From positions 94,392 through 158,391 of IMG/VR virus record IMGVR_UViG_3300032053_000003: a stretch of 64,000 nucleotides of DNA, one strand, 5' to 3'. This document shows, piece by piece, positions 17,023 to 26,004 of the stretch (position 1 is its first letter; every line of letters begins with the position of its first letter). Origin of the DNA: a virus. The position numbers and the translations under genes are program-made. The notes below the pieces were generated by a model. That model saw only the letters and a list, made by a program, of their open reading frames with translations, ran no database searches and had not been told where the DNA came from.

Positions 17023-17235
17023 ATGTCAAAGGCCAAAGAGTTTATCAACATCAGTGAAGCTTCTCCCTCCTATGAGGTAAAACAGCTCAAGGCAGTTCTC
17101 CAGAAAGCATTGAACGATCTGGATGACATAACTGACAAGTCCACAAATGTAGAGTTCAACACATACAACAAGAGTGTGATGAGTACTATTCGTGGACTTC
17201 TTGATCCAAGTAAGTATCCTATACTAGGGAAGTGA
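17023..17235 (+). CDS. hypothetical protein, MSKA-tag family (MSKAKEFINISEA…)
   Basis: ORF track entry. Its N-terminus is the closest match to the T4 CTS (MKTYQEFIAE|A). Confidence 0.65.
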   Translation: MSKAKEFINISEASPSYEVKQLKAVLQKALNDLDDITDKSTNVEFNTYNKSVMSTIRGLLDPSKYPILGK

Positions 17236-17238
17236 AAT

Positions 17239-17574
17239 ATGTCAAAAGCTAGTGAATTTCTTTTAATTGTAGAAGCAACAGATATGTCAGTATCTCATGA
17301 GATTCTACGTCAACTTGGTGGTAATAAGTTTATTGCCATGACAGGTGCAAAGAATTTCGTAGGTTCTGAGAACTCTATTACTTTTAAAATTGGAAGAAAT
17401 TCTTCTAAAGCTAATGTGGTAAAAATTGTTTTGAATGGTAAAGATTTGTATGATGTATCTTTTATTCAGCTTCGTGGAGACGAAAGGAAGGTCCTCAAGA
17501 CCTATGATGATGTTTATAATGATATGCTTCAGCAGATCTTCACCAGCTTTACTGGGATGCATACTCATTTATAA
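17239..17574 (+). CDS. hypothetical protein, MSKA-tag family (MSKASEFLLIVEA…)
   Basis: ORF track entry. Confidence 0.65.
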   Translation: MSKASEFLLIVEATDMSVSHEILRQLGGNKFIAMTGAKNFVGSENSITFKIGRNSSKANVVKIVLNGKDLYDVSFIQLRGDERKVLKTYDDVYNDMLQQIFTSFTGMHTHL

Positions 17575-17594
17575 AAGAGGTTAAGGTATAAGGA

Positions 17595-18041
17595 GTGAAG
17601 TCTAGTAAGGCCAATGCTTTTATTAAGCTCTATGAGGAAACTTCCCTAGATAAGGTGCTGTCACAGGCTCCTGAGTTTCCTAAGAGGGACTACCATTTCA
17701 ATCTTGGTAGTGTTCTTGATCATAGCCATGACTTTAATTTTATGACTCAAAAGGTTGATGATTTTGCCACAATGAAACACTGTACTGATCCGTGGCTATA
17801 TATCTTAGCAAGGCTAAACAAGAAGGATTATATTGATAGAGCTAAGATAGTGGTCAGGAATGAGGAGATCAGAGTAAGTAATGGCAAGATAGAAGCTGGT
17901 TTTGATCGTGATGGGATGCTGACCAAGGTTTATGCCAACAAAGACGATATAAAACCTGATAGTAACGCTAGGCTGGAGGATATATTTATCAAGGGTTGTT
18001 CAAAACAGGTCTATGTAATCCTTCAGTCCACCTTCAAATAA
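17595..18041 (+). CDS. hypothetical protein, tag-like N-terminus (MKSSKANAFIKLYEE…)
   Basis: GTG start. GGAG SD. Confidence 0.55.
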   Translation: MKSSKANAFIKLYEETSLDKVLSQAPEFPKRDYHFNLGSVLDHSHDFNFMTQKVDDFATMKHCTDPWLYILARLNKKDYIDRAKIVVRNEEIRVSNGKIEAGFDRDGMLTKVYANKDDIKPDSNARLEDIFIKGCSKQVYVILQSTFK

Positions 18042-18051
18042 TCTTGTATAT

Positions 18052-18084
18052 GGCTAGGACTGATATGCCCTAGTCAGTCCTGGC
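18052..18084 (+). terminator. putative intrinsic terminator
   Basis: GCTAGGACTGA…TCAGTCCTGGC stem followed by TTTTTT. Confidence 0.5.
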
Positions 18085-18190
18085 ATTTTTTAACTGACCT
18101 TATGGGATTCAAGCTAGGGCAAATTTTCTAGGACTGACTAGAGTAGTAAGTATAGATAGATATCATTTATAAGTCAAGGAATGTAATATA

Positions 18191-18742
18191 ATGTCAGACC
18201 TGTCAGAACTCAAAGCATATGTCCAGCAAGCCCATGGTGAAGCCTGGGATGATATGGTGGACAATTTTGAGTTCCTGGTAAGGAAGTCCATATCTATCTT
18301 CAACCGTTGGAATCCAAGGATAGATGAGTTCAGGATCTACTTCTCTACTCAGACCTACCAGTTCTCCAATCCGTATCCACGATGGTGCACAATCTCCTCA
18401 GCAGATAGTATCCCAGAGAAGTTGATCTGGTCTGCTGATAAGCTATATGAGTATACAAAGAAAACAGGGACCCTTACAATCAACTCTGTTGGTGTGTTTA
18501 TGGTTAGGGCTGGTTACAATAGAACCTTGGAAGAGATTGATCTGGATGAGAATGAGGACTTTCTGGATCTTGTCCTTGCTCATTATCTCATAGCATCAGG
18601 TACCAGGAGGAGGGCTGTAAGGCATACAGACCTACCCTTTGAGAATGATGGTGATCTGAGGATAGCTGATGGTAAGGAACTGCTTGATAAGACTGTATCA
18701 GAGCTGCAAGACAACGCTCCATATTGGGCATTTATGATGTAA
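18191..18742 (+). CDS. hypothetical protein (183 aa)
   Basis: ORF track entry. Follows the terminator and an intergenic region. Confidence 0.55.
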   Translation: MSDLSELKAYVQQAHGEAWDDMVDNFEFLVRKSISIFNRWNPRIDEFRIYFSTQTYQFSNPYPRWCTISSADSIPEKLIWSADKLYEYTKKTGTLTINSVGVFMVRAGYNRTLEEIDLDENEDFLDLVLAHYLIASGTRRRAVRHTDLPFENDGDLRIADGKELLDKTVSELQDNAPYWAFMM

Positions 18743-18753
18743 TTGGAGGGAAT

Positions 18754-18990
18754 ATGAGTAAGGCAAAAGAGTTTATGAAGCTTAATGAAGGTGATAAAGA
18801 AGGTAATCCAGGAGAAAAGCTAACTATAACAATAATGGTAGACGGATCAAAGTGTGGCAGAAAGTGTCAATATCTGGATATGGTTGCTTTGAATGCAGAT
18901 CCTCCTCTTTGTAATCTTTTTGAACGGAGAGTAACTAACTTCAAGAGAAGACCTGAGTGTTGGTACCTCAGCACTCATCCAAATAAGTAG
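18754..18990 (+). CDS. hypothetical Cys-containing protein, MSKA-tag family (MSKAKEFMKLNEG…)
   Basis: ATG 18754 follows a GGAGGG SD and the previous stop at 18740-18742. Confidence 0.65.
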   Translation: MSKAKEFMKLNEGDKEGNPGEKLTITIMVDGSKCGRKCQYLDMVALNADPPLCNLFERRVTNFKRRPECWYLSTHPNK

Positions 18991-18998
18991 GAGTTAGC

Positions 18999-19205
18999 AT
19001 GTCAAAGGCATCTGATTTTTTAAGAAAATTGAATGAAGAAGTTGATATGGGACAGGCTGATAGTACACTTAGGAAGGGTACATCAAAGTCCTTTAAGTAT
19101 GCTGTTGTAGACAGCTCTGGTGAGACTGTATCCACCTACGATGACCAAGGCTTGGCTATTACAGCTGCATTAAAGAATGATTCCTACAGGGTGAGGAGAC
19201 TGTAA
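18999..19205 (+). CDS. hypothetical protein, MSKA-tag family (MSKASDFLRKLNEE…)
   Basis: ORF track entry. Confidence 0.65.
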   Translation: MSKASDFLRKLNEEVDMGQADSTLRKGTSKSFKYAVVDSSGETVSTYDDQGLAITAALKNDSYRVRRL

Positions 19206-19399
19206 TGAGTAAAGCCAAGGACGTTATCAATCTCATAGAATCTGACCAGGTTGGTTGGGATGTTTACCTGAAAGTCAACGATAAGATGAAATGGATTGAT
19301 AAGGTATTTTTCAATAAGAGCATGGATGCTAAAGAGGTTAAAGATTCTTTGGTAAACCATGACGGATATAGTTCTGGGATAGTAGTGAAGAAGGAGTAG
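19205..19399 (+). CDS. hypothetical protein, MSKA-tag family (MSKAKDVINLIES…)
   Basis: TAATG overlap with the previous gene. Confidence 0.65.
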   Translation: MSKAKDVINLIESDQVGWDVYLKVNDKMKWIDKVFFNKSMDAKEVKDSLVNHDGYSSGIVVKKE

Positions 19400-19401
19400 T
19401 G

Positions 19402-19659
19402 ATGGGCAAGGCCAAAGATTTTCTCAATCTTACTGAGGCAGAGATATCCTATGAAGATGCACTGAAAGCAGCAAAAAAGGCAGGTGCTTCTAAGGCTGAG
19501 GGCTTGCCATTACTGGCACAGACTATATGGGCATTGGCACAAGTTCACAGAGGAATAAATCCTAAGATGGTCTATGATGGTGCTGTCAAGAAGGGTTTGT
19601 CAGCTGCTGAGGTGAGAAAGCTTAAACCTGTAGCCCTTGGGGATCTAATGTTTGTATAG
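19402..19659 (+). CDS. hypothetical protein, MSKA-tag family (MGKAKDFLNLTEA…)
   Basis: ATG 19402 follows an AAGGAG SD. Confidence 0.65.
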   Translation: MGKAKDFLNLTEAEISYEDALKAAKKAGASKAEGLPLLAQTIWALAQVHRGINPKMVYDGAVKKGLSAAEVRKLKPVALGDLMFV

Positions 19660-19668
19660 GAGTCTATG

Positions 19669-19902
19669 ATGTCAAAAGCAGGTGATTTCCTCAATGAGTT
19701 CAGGACTAATTCCTATAAAGATGATCCTCGTGAGATCACTGCAAGGTTTGACAGTGTGTGCCCAGAGACAAAGAAGCCAATAAAGAAAGGTGAGAAGTGC
19801 ATCTATTACCCCAAGAGTAAGAAGTGCTTCCATCCTGATAGCAAAACAGCTGATGACTACAGAAGCTGGAAGATGGATCAGTCCATGGGTAATGATTACT
19901 AA
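19669..19902 (+). CDS. hypothetical Cys-containing protein, MSKA-tag family (MSKAGDFLNEF…)
   Basis: TAGGAG SD. ATG 19666 is an alternative start. Confidence 0.6.
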   Translation: MSKAGDFLNEFRTNSYKDDPREITARFDSVCPETKKPIKKGEKCIYYPKSKKCFHPDSKTADDYRSWKMDQSMGNDY

Positions 19903-19911
19903 GGGGGAGAG

Positions 19912-20223
19912 ATGAGTAAGGCAGAAAATTTGTTAAATCTTTTGGAAAAGGCCAAGGATAGCTATGAATTCCAGTCTGCCAATCTCTGGTACTACGGTAC
20001 CAGTAGGGATCTGAATGGTAATAAGACAGCTATCTTTGGCTTCCCTAATGACAGAAACTTCTCCATTCAGGCTAACGATAGCAGCCTTCCTCTGTTTTCT
20101 AAGATGGATAAGAAGGGTTTGAGTGTAACTCCTGAGATGGAAAAAGAGGCTATCGATTACATCAGCAAATATGGATCAGCTAAGCAGAAAGCAAAGCTGC
20201 ATGTCTATAAGAATCAGGGGTAA
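19912..20223 (+). CDS. hypothetical protein, MSKA-tag family (MSKAENLLNLLEK…)
   Basis: ORF track entry. Confidence 0.65.
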   Translation: MSKAENLLNLLEKAKDSYEFQSANLWYYGTSRDLNGNKTAIFGFPNDRNFSIQANDSSLPLFSKMDKKGLSVTPEMEKEAIDYISKYGSAKQKAKLHVYKNQG

Positions 20224-20225
20224 TC

Positions 20226-20498
20226 ATGTCAAAAGCTAGTGATGTTTTAGCTCTGTTTGAAAGTGAGGAGCTGACCTTCAGTAAAAAGAACTTTATGAAC
20301 CTGCTGAAGTCGGGTTCGGGGGTTGTTGTCTTCGGTACAGGTGGGGGTTATTCAGACACGATAGAGTTTAAGGTTCCCAAAGGTAAGGATGTACAAGGGA
20401 AAGAAGACATGCTGTTTGTCAATGCCTCCAGAATAGTAGCAGGGGCAAAAGATCCTAAGATGAAGGGCAGACAATTCAAGGTCAGGGCTAATGACTAA
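20226..20498 (+). CDS. hypothetical protein, MSKA-tag family (MSKASDVLALFES…)
   Basis: ORF track entry. Confidence 0.65.
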   Translation: MSKASDVLALFESEELTFSKKNFMNLLKSGSGVVVFGTGGGYSDTIEFKVPKGKDVQGKEDMLFVNASRIVAGAKDPKMKGRQFKVRAND

Positions 20499-20838
20499 AT
20501 CATCCAAGCTCATCTCTATCCTTGAAAAGGATTTTGAGTACAGGACTGTTGATGACCTTCTCAATACCATAAAGCAGTTTGATGCTGGTGAGTATGATCT
20601 CTCTGGCATTGAATCCGTCTTGGTGACATCTAAGAAGAAGGCTAAGCTGGATGATGTACAGGCATTCATTACTCGGTATCATAGGGTTTGTTACATTGCC
20701 TTGGAGGGTTACTCTGCTGGTGCTAAGGATCTTATCCTCATGAGTGATGAACCCAAGAGGATAGCCAATGTCAAATCGGTCAAGGATACTGGTGCTATTG
20801 TTTATAAAAATAGACTGTTTGCTAATAATTTTAAATAG
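20491..20838 (+). CDS. hypothetical protein, tag-like N-terminus (MTKSSKLISILEK…)
   Basis: 8-nt overlap with the previous gene. Confidence 0.6.
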   Translation: MTKSSKLISILEKDFEYRTVDDLLNTIKQFDAGEYDLSGIESVLVTSKKKAKLDDVQAFITRYHRVCYIALEGYSAGAKDLILMSDEPKRIANVKSVKDTGAIVYKNRLFANNFK

Positions 20839-20846
20839 GAGATCCT

Positions 20847-21077
20847 ATGTCAAAGGCCAAAGATTTTATAAAAGAGGCTGGTGAAAACTTAACTGATGTT
20901 ATTGTTACTCTTCAGGTTAAGATGAGGGTAAAGGATGTAGGTAAGATTACTCCTAAAGATGCTGAGAAGCTTGCTCAAGCTGCTTTGACGAAGGCAATAC
21001 CTGAAGAGGACCTGAGGAATGGTAAAATATATGTTATCAGTATAGAGAGTACAGGCTCAAAGTTGGTTAAAGTATAA
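20847..21077 (+). CDS. hypothetical protein, MSKA-tag family (MSKAKDFIKEAGE…)
   Basis: ORF track entry. Confidence 0.6.
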   Translation: MSKAKDFIKEAGENLTDVIVTLQVKMRVKDVGKITPKDAEKLAQAALTKAIPEEDLRNGKIYVISIESTGSKLVKV

Positions 21078-21087
21078 AGGAAATCAC

Positions 21088-21297
21088 ATGTCTAAAGCTG
21101 GTGATTTTCTTTTGAATGAGAAGTCTGAAATTAGCCGTGTAGTCTCTCTGAAGGTCATGGCTAGGATTAGTAGTGATATATCTTCTGAAGAGGCAGAGAA
21201 GATGGTTACCCAGGCTCTTTTGAATGCAGACTTAAAGGATATTAAAGTTACCAGTGCAGTGAGTATGGGATCACAACTTCTTTTTAAGGAGCAATAG
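21088..21297 (+). CDS. hypothetical protein, MSKA-tag family (MSKAGDFLLNEKSE…)
   Basis: ORF track entry. Distantly similar to the 20847 product. Confidence 0.6.
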   Translation: MSKAGDFLLNEKSEISRVVSLKVMARISSDISSEEAEKMVTQALLNADLKDIKVTSAVSMGSQLLFKEQ

Positions 21298-21546
21298 ATG
21301 TCAAAAGCCAAAAAGTTCTTGGAAGTAGCAAAGGAGCCAGCACCTTCTACTCCCTTCCCCTTTAGGGTAGAAAGTGGTGCAATGGTGTCCTCTAGTGGTC
21401 AGGTACTTTTGTTTGCAAACAGAGAGCATGGCACTACTCCTTTGAGTCCTGTAGAGAGGGATGGACTTATCCATTTTGTAACTGAATTGCTCAATAAGAA
21501 CAGGAAGCAGTATGTAGCCTTCATGGGCAAGTACATGACAAGATGA
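21298..21546 (+). CDS. hypothetical protein, MSKA-tag family (MSKAKKFLEVAKE…)
   Basis: ORF track entry. Confidence 0.6.
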   Translation: MSKAKKFLEVAKEPAPSTPFPFRVESGAMVSSSGQVLLFANREHGTTPLSPVERDGLIHFVTELLNKNRKQYVAFMGKYMTR

Positions 21547-21782
21547 CCAAATCCAAGAACCTTATTTCTCTTCTTGAAGAGGGTCCTGGTGGGTTCTCTT
21601 CAACCATTAATGGTCTATCTCTTATCGCTTCTGATGAGAATGAGAATGTTGTTGAAAGAAAGATTATCAATATGGTGGAAACTGATAATGTCCAAGGGGC
21701 TATTAAAGATCTGCAAGATGCTATTGAATTCCTGAGTAAGCATAGGGATAAGCAGATCGATATGTCAGAGCCTGTATTATAG
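21543..21782 (+). CDS. hypothetical protein, tag-like N-terminus (MTKSKNLISLLEE…)
   Basis: ATGA overlap with the previous gene. Confidence 0.6.
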   Translation: MTKSKNLISLLEEGPGGFSSTINGLSLIASDENENVVERKIINMVETDNVQGAIKDLQDAIEFLSKHRDKQIDMSEPVL

Positions 21783-21791
21783 GGGTGGACG

Positions 21792-22229
21792 ATGAGTAAT
21801 GACTGGAAAAAAGACCTATCTTTGATAATGAGAAATGCAATTTGGAATTGGAGTACAGAAAAATATAAGGCATATGTCACTCTCATTAATGACCTATATA
21901 ATTATAAAATTTTCAAGGTAGGGGAGTGGCCGATCAAACCTCTTGAGGTTGGTGATGAAAAAACATTACCATTGGCAAAAAAAGCAGTGTTTAAATATAT
22001 AGAAGACCACTCAACAGGAGAGTCTATGAGTAAAGCACGAGAGTTCCTAGAAGGCACCATGAAGAAAGGGATATGGATAGTCCTTTCTGGGGCAGGTGGT
22101 GAGCTTGACAGAGAGTTCGTCAATAATAAATCAGAGATCAAGGGTGTCCTTTCTAGGTGGGCAAGCATTGTTGATGTTGGTGATACCATCAAAATAGAAT
22201 CAGGTGAGAGTGAGGATTCAGGTAGTTAA
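21792..22229 (+). CDS. hypothetical protein with a nested in-frame tag start (MSKAREFLEG at ATG 22026, preceded by AGGAGAG)
   Basis: ORF track entry. The internal ATG 22026 has a strong SD. Confidence 0.55.
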   Translation: MSNDWKKDLSLIMRNAIWNWSTEKYKAYVTLINDLYNYKIFKVGEWPIKPLEVGDEKTLPLAKKAVFKYIEDHSTGESMSKAREFLEGTMKKGIWIVLSGAGGELDREFVNNKSEIKGVLSRWASIVDVGDTIKIESGESEDSGS

Positions 22230-22663
22230 TGTCCAACATCCATGACATAGAACGGAGCATGATCCCCTTAGTAAGGGGACAGATGGATGCTCTGAAGTAC
22301 CTCTATGGAGTATACTGTGAGATCCACCGTACTGTGGAGCATGATTCAATCTATCACAGGGTAGAACTCACATACACATATGAGCCTGTTCCCTTCTTCA
22401 GGGGCTATCTCCTGATTACAGGTCTTCACAATACCAGGGATGCAGTAAACTACTGGTGGAAGGTTGATGATACCTTCCTCTGGATTCCAAAGCACAACCA
22501 CTTCCTTCCTGCTCCAAACTGGAAGATCAATATCATCAATGATGACCTGAATAATTCTTTTAGGATTACTGATAAACCAGTTATTACAGGGTATCATTCC
22601 ATCATGTGCTACAAGTATCAATTGGTACCTTACAATGAACCTGAGCTTAAGGATTTCCAATGA
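22229..22663 (+). CDS. hypothetical protein (144 aa)
   Basis: ORF track entry. Confidence 0.5.
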   Translation: MSNIHDIERSMIPLVRGQMDALKYLYGVYCEIHRTVEHDSIYHRVELTYTYEPVPFFRGYLLITGLHNTRDAVNYWWKVDDTFLWIPKHNHFLPAPNWKINIINDDLNNSFRITDKPVITGYHSIMCYKYQLVPYNEPELKDFQ

Positions 22664-22673
22664 GGAATAGATA

Positions 22674-23024
22674 ATGGGAAGAGCAAAAGACTTGGTAGAT
22701 GGGCTTGAAGCACTGAAGGCTATTGGTGATGAGGCTGAGACTTCTCCTGAGGTTAGGCAACAGGCTAAAGATGTAGCTTCTAGGCTGATAGACCTTATTA
22801 AAAAGATAGGTTCTTCCAATGAATCATTGGATACTAAGAAATGGGATATTGAGAATACTGAACGTACTTGGGATATTTACCTCAAAGGTGAGAAGCTCAA
22901 GAGGTTCAAGGCAAGCATGAAGTTGCCTCCTGATCGTGTCAAAGATATTTTGGTTAAGAAGTATAATTTTGATCCTAATATAGAACTCAAAATATATACC
23001 TCAGAACCTGTTATAATGAGGTAG
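22674..23024 (+). CDS. hypothetical protein, tag variant (MGRAKDLVDGLEA…)
   Basis: ORF track entry. Confidence 0.6.
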   Translation: MGRAKDLVDGLEALKAIGDEAETSPEVRQQAKDVASRLIDLIKKIGSSNESLDTKKWDIENTERTWDIYLKGEKLKRFKASMKLPPDRVKDILVKKYNFDPNIELKIYTSEPVIMR

Positions 23025-23053
23025 TGAATGGGGATTTTCGATGGGGGTTGAGT

Positions 23054-23362
23054 ATGTCAAAAGCTGAAAATCTTGCTCGTATGCTGGAAGGTTCAGGTCC
23101 TGACAGCAAAGACTATGCTGATTCCTATGCTGGTTGGAAATCTATAATGAAGAGATCAGCAGATGAGATAGTCACTAATTTTGGACGAATTTTTAAAGCA
23201 TTGGAGTCTGGAGACGAGAAGGATGTTCAAAGAGCACTAGGCTATATGGATGGTCTTCTCGATGAACTTACAAAGAATGTTGAGGGTCTGAAAAAGGTTA
23301 ACAAGCAACTATTAGCTGATGTTAGAAAGCCTAATATCAAGGGCAGTGACTTCTGGAAATGA
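23054..23362 (+). CDS. hypothetical protein, MSKA-tag family (MSKAENLARMLEG…)
   Basis: ATG 23054 follows GGGGG. The track's 23024 start overlaps the previous stop. Confidence 0.6.
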   Translation: MSKAENLARMLEGSGPDSKDYADSYAGWKSIMKRSADEIVTNFGRIFKALESGDEKDVQRALGYMDGLLDELTKNVEGLKKVNKQLLADVRKPNIKGSDFWK

Positions 23363-23565
23363 ACCCAGGGGACCTTGTAAATGCTGCAGGTGTTGTAAGG
23401 AACAATCCCTACTTTGAACCGTATGACTGTCCTGAAGGTGTAACAGTACAGCTTACTCCTTCCAATGATGTGAATGAAGTATACCGTGATGGAGTGGTAA
23501 TAGCTGTTTTCAAGAAGGACAATGGCTATGATCTACATAATTTCTTAAGGACTCTGAGGGGCTGA
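23359..23565 (+). CDS. hypothetical protein
   Basis: ATGA overlap with the previous gene. Confidence 0.5.
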   Translation: MNPGDLVNAAGVVRNNPYFEPYDCPEGVTVQLTPSNDVNEVYRDGVVIAVFKKDNGYDLHNFLRTLRG

Positions 23566-23566
23566 C

Positions 23567-23791
23567 ATGAGTAAAGCACAAGACTTACTTGAAATGCTGA
23601 AGGAAGGTAGTTCTTCAATAGAGCAGCTGAAGAATGGTAAAATCCTTATCAATATGAAAGATGGTTATCGTATTGCTTTTTCTCAGGGTAAATTCAGAGT
23701 CTCACCAGCAGGTAAAGGTGATTTTGAGAAATTCGTTACAGACGAAGAAGGTGTAACGAAGTTCTTGAATACCAAGAGGGGACATGAGTAA
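23567..23791 (+). CDS. hypothetical protein, MSKA-tag family (MSKAQDLLEMLKEG…)
   Basis: ORF track entry. Confidence 0.6.
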   Translation: MSKAQDLLEMLKEGSSSIEQLKNGKILINMKDGYRIAFSQGKFRVSPAGKGDFEKFVTDEEGVTKFLNTKRGHE

Positions 23792-24044
23792 GCTTCAGAA
23801 TCTCACCAATACTCTCAATGAAATCGTTAAGGATGACAAGGATAGGTGGAGAGTACATGTTGATGATCATACTAAGTCCTTTGTAATCTATCGGGGTGAT
23901 GAAGACATCTGTGGTGGCTACTTTGATCATAACACCAAGAGGATCAAGGGTGTTGAGTTCATGGATAAGAAGTACCAGAAGAGCAATATGATCAGAATCA
24001 AAGTTATAAACCTGATCAAGAAAACTTTTCCTGATTATAAATAA
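23784..24044 (+). CDS. hypothetical protein, tag variant (MSKLQNLTNTLNE…)
   Basis: 8-nt overlap with the previous gene. Confidence 0.55.
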   Translation: MSKLQNLTNTLNEIVKDDKDRWRVHVDDHTKSFVIYRGDEDICGGYFDHNTKRIKGVEFMDKKYQKSNMIRIKVINLIKKTFPDYK

Positions 24045-24054
24045 CGGAGGGTAA

Positions 24055-24261
24055 ATGAGCAGAGCAAGAGATCTTCTTCAACAGATAGAGGAGCAAAATA
24101 CAGATCTTCTCACTGCTTGTAAGACAGCTCTGAGTTATTTAGTGTCAGCAGAAGGTGTTTCATCAGGAGATGCTAAGCATTATGTGGATAAAGCTCGTAG
24201 TGCATTACAAGATGCTCTTAAGGAGCCTATGAGACCTCCAAGGGAAGAAAGAGGAAGATGA
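24055..24261 (+). CDS. hypothetical protein, tag variant (MSRARDLLQQIEE…)
   Basis: ORF track entry. Confidence 0.6.
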   Translation: MSRARDLLQQIEEQNTDLLTACKTALSYLVSAEGVSSGDAKHYVDKARSALQDALKEPMRPPREERGR

Positions 24262-24908
24262 CTATGAAACGATTATTGCTGACTGCTCTTATCGTTCTGT
24301 TGTTGTCCTCTGTGTCTATGGCAATGTCAATACGTGTCACTTGGCCTCAGAACCCTGCTACTGATGGTATAACCATATATACCATCTACATGATCTCAAA
24401 TAATACTACTGGGACTGGGTTTGTCAAAGGACAGAACATCGTGGGTAAGGTAGGTTCAGCAGAAGGGGTACTCCCTACTACTTACTTTATTGAGAACGTG
24501 GTGGACTCTCCTAGTCACTGTGTTAGACTCACAGCTACCAATGCCAATGGGGAATCAAATTTCTCTCTCCCCTCCTATGTCAAAGTGGATACTACTCCCC
24601 CTGCTAAGGTAGGGAACCTTACCACTAGACTTGTTATAGGTAGAGTAAATAGGCTTACTGTTACTTGGCCCTTTAATGCTGTATCTGATGGGGTAACTAA
24701 ATATAGGATCTATATCAAAGCTGGTAACTATGATGGGTCTGGCTTTGTTAAAGGTGAGGATGTAGTAGGTACTGTGAAGGGTACCATCAGAAGCTACACT
24801 TACAATATCAGGGCTTCTTCACACTCCTTTTGTGTGAGGGTTACAGCTATGGATGCAACAGGAAACGAATCAGAGTTTTCTAATCCTGCTTATTTCATTG
24901 TACCTTAG
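24258..24908 (+). CDS. secreted protein with two tandem FN3/Ig-like domains
   Basis: Signal-peptide-like N-terminus (MKRLLLTALIVLLLSSVSMA). Two homologous ~95-aa repeats (…VTWPxNxxxDG…Y.IY…G.GFVKG…VG…). Confidence 0.55.
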   Translation: MTMKRLLLTALIVLLLSSVSMAMSIRVTWPQNPATDGITIYTIYMISNNTTGTGFVKGQNIVGKVGSAEGVLPTTYFIENVVDSPSHCVRLTATNANGESNFSLPSYVKVDTTPPAKVGNLTTRLVIGRVNRLTVTWPFNAVSDGVTKYRIYIKAGNYDGSGFVKGEDVVGTVKGTIRSYTYNIRASSHSFCVRVTAMDATGNESEFSNPAYFIVP

Positions 24909-24919
24909 GAGATGGAATG

Positions 24920-25243
24920 ATGACAAAGTCTAAGCAGTTGCTCCATTTACTTGAAGCTAAAGAGTGGTTTGACTCTCATGGTTGGCTATTGAAAAAGATT
25001 CCAAAGGAATGTGTTAAAGACTGTTCTGGACAGGGTAAAGTTGATGAAGCTGTTGAATATTGGGTTAAGAAACTTAATTTCCATGCACCTAAAGAAAAGG
25101 CTATTGAGTACCTTAAGGAATTTGGAGCCTGGGATAAGGAAGAACTAACAAATATGAGTCAGGAAGATATAGACCAAAAAGTTCTTTGGATTGCTTGTGG
25201 TGATATAAAAGAGAATGGTGATTGGCTTGGGATGGTTCATTAG
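24920..25243 (+). CDS. hypothetical Cys/Trp-rich protein, tag-like N-terminus (MTKSKQLLHLLEA…)
   Basis: AGGAGATGG context. ATG 24917 is an alternative start. Confidence 0.6.
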   Translation: MTKSKQLLHLLEAKEWFDSHGWLLKKIPKECVKDCSGQGKVDEAVEYWVKKLNFHAPKEKAIEYLKEFGAWDKEELTNMSQEDIDQKVLWIACGDIKENGDWLGMVH

Positions 25244-25338
25244 GGTATAAGAGAGACTCTGACAAAAATTCGTAGATGTCCAGTAAGATACTATGAGATA
25301 GCCGTATGTTTAAAAGAAAGGAATAGGGAGGATATACT

Positions 25339-25998
25339 ATGACGAGAGCTAAGAGGTTTGTTACAGAGGCTCTGAATTTACTTGGTGAGGCTGGTATGCC
25401 TGATGATCCTGCTCCTGTGGATGATACTTCCACTGATCCAGATGTCATTGATGACACTGCTGGGCCTGAGGACGAGCTTGATCTTGGAGGCACTCCAGAT
25501 GAACCTCCTGTAGAGGATGAGTTCGGTCTTGGAGCCTCGGTAGCTCCAACTATCAGGATTGAGAAGGACGGTCCCATCACTATTAACAAAGGTGATGTAG
25601 GACTTACTATCGGGGATGATGGCAATATTGATATCACTCTTGATGGTAACCTCTCTGCTGCTGAACCTGAGGATCTGGGGGACATGTCGGATCAGCCAGC
25701 AGAGCCTGAGGCTGCTTCTCCTGAAGAGGATGACTACAAGATCGACTGGGAGAAGGAGAAAGAGGAAGAGGTCCCTGAAGAAGGTAAGAAGGATGACAAA
25801 GGTTCCAAGGAGCCGATTCAGGAAGGTGTTTCCAAAGCTCTCAAGGTTCTTAGTCTGGGCAAGGTTGTCACCGTGACCGAATGTGTGGATCAGAAGTACG
25901 AGTGCATGTCTTGTGAGAAGTATGATGAGTGCACAGACAAGCATAAGAAAGCAGAGCCTGAGGACGAGAAGGACTTCCTGACACAGGGTTACATGTAA
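25339..25998 (+). CDS. highly acidic protein with a C-terminal Cys cluster, tag variant (MTRAKRFVTEALN…)
   Basis: ORF track entry. D/E/P-rich. CxxC-like motifs near the C-terminus. Confidence 0.55.
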   Translation: MTRAKRFVTEALNLLGEAGMPDDPAPVDDTSTDPDVIDDTAGPEDELDLGGTPDEPPVEDEFGLGASVAPTIRIEKDGPITINKGDVGLTIGDDGNIDITLDGNLSAAEPEDLGDMSDQPAEPEAASPEEDDYKIDWEKEKEEEVPEEGKKDDKGSKEPIQEGVSKALKVLSLGKVVTVTECVDQKYECMSCEKYDECTDKHKKAEPEDEKDFLTQGYM

Positions 25999-26004
25999 CT
26001 TGAG

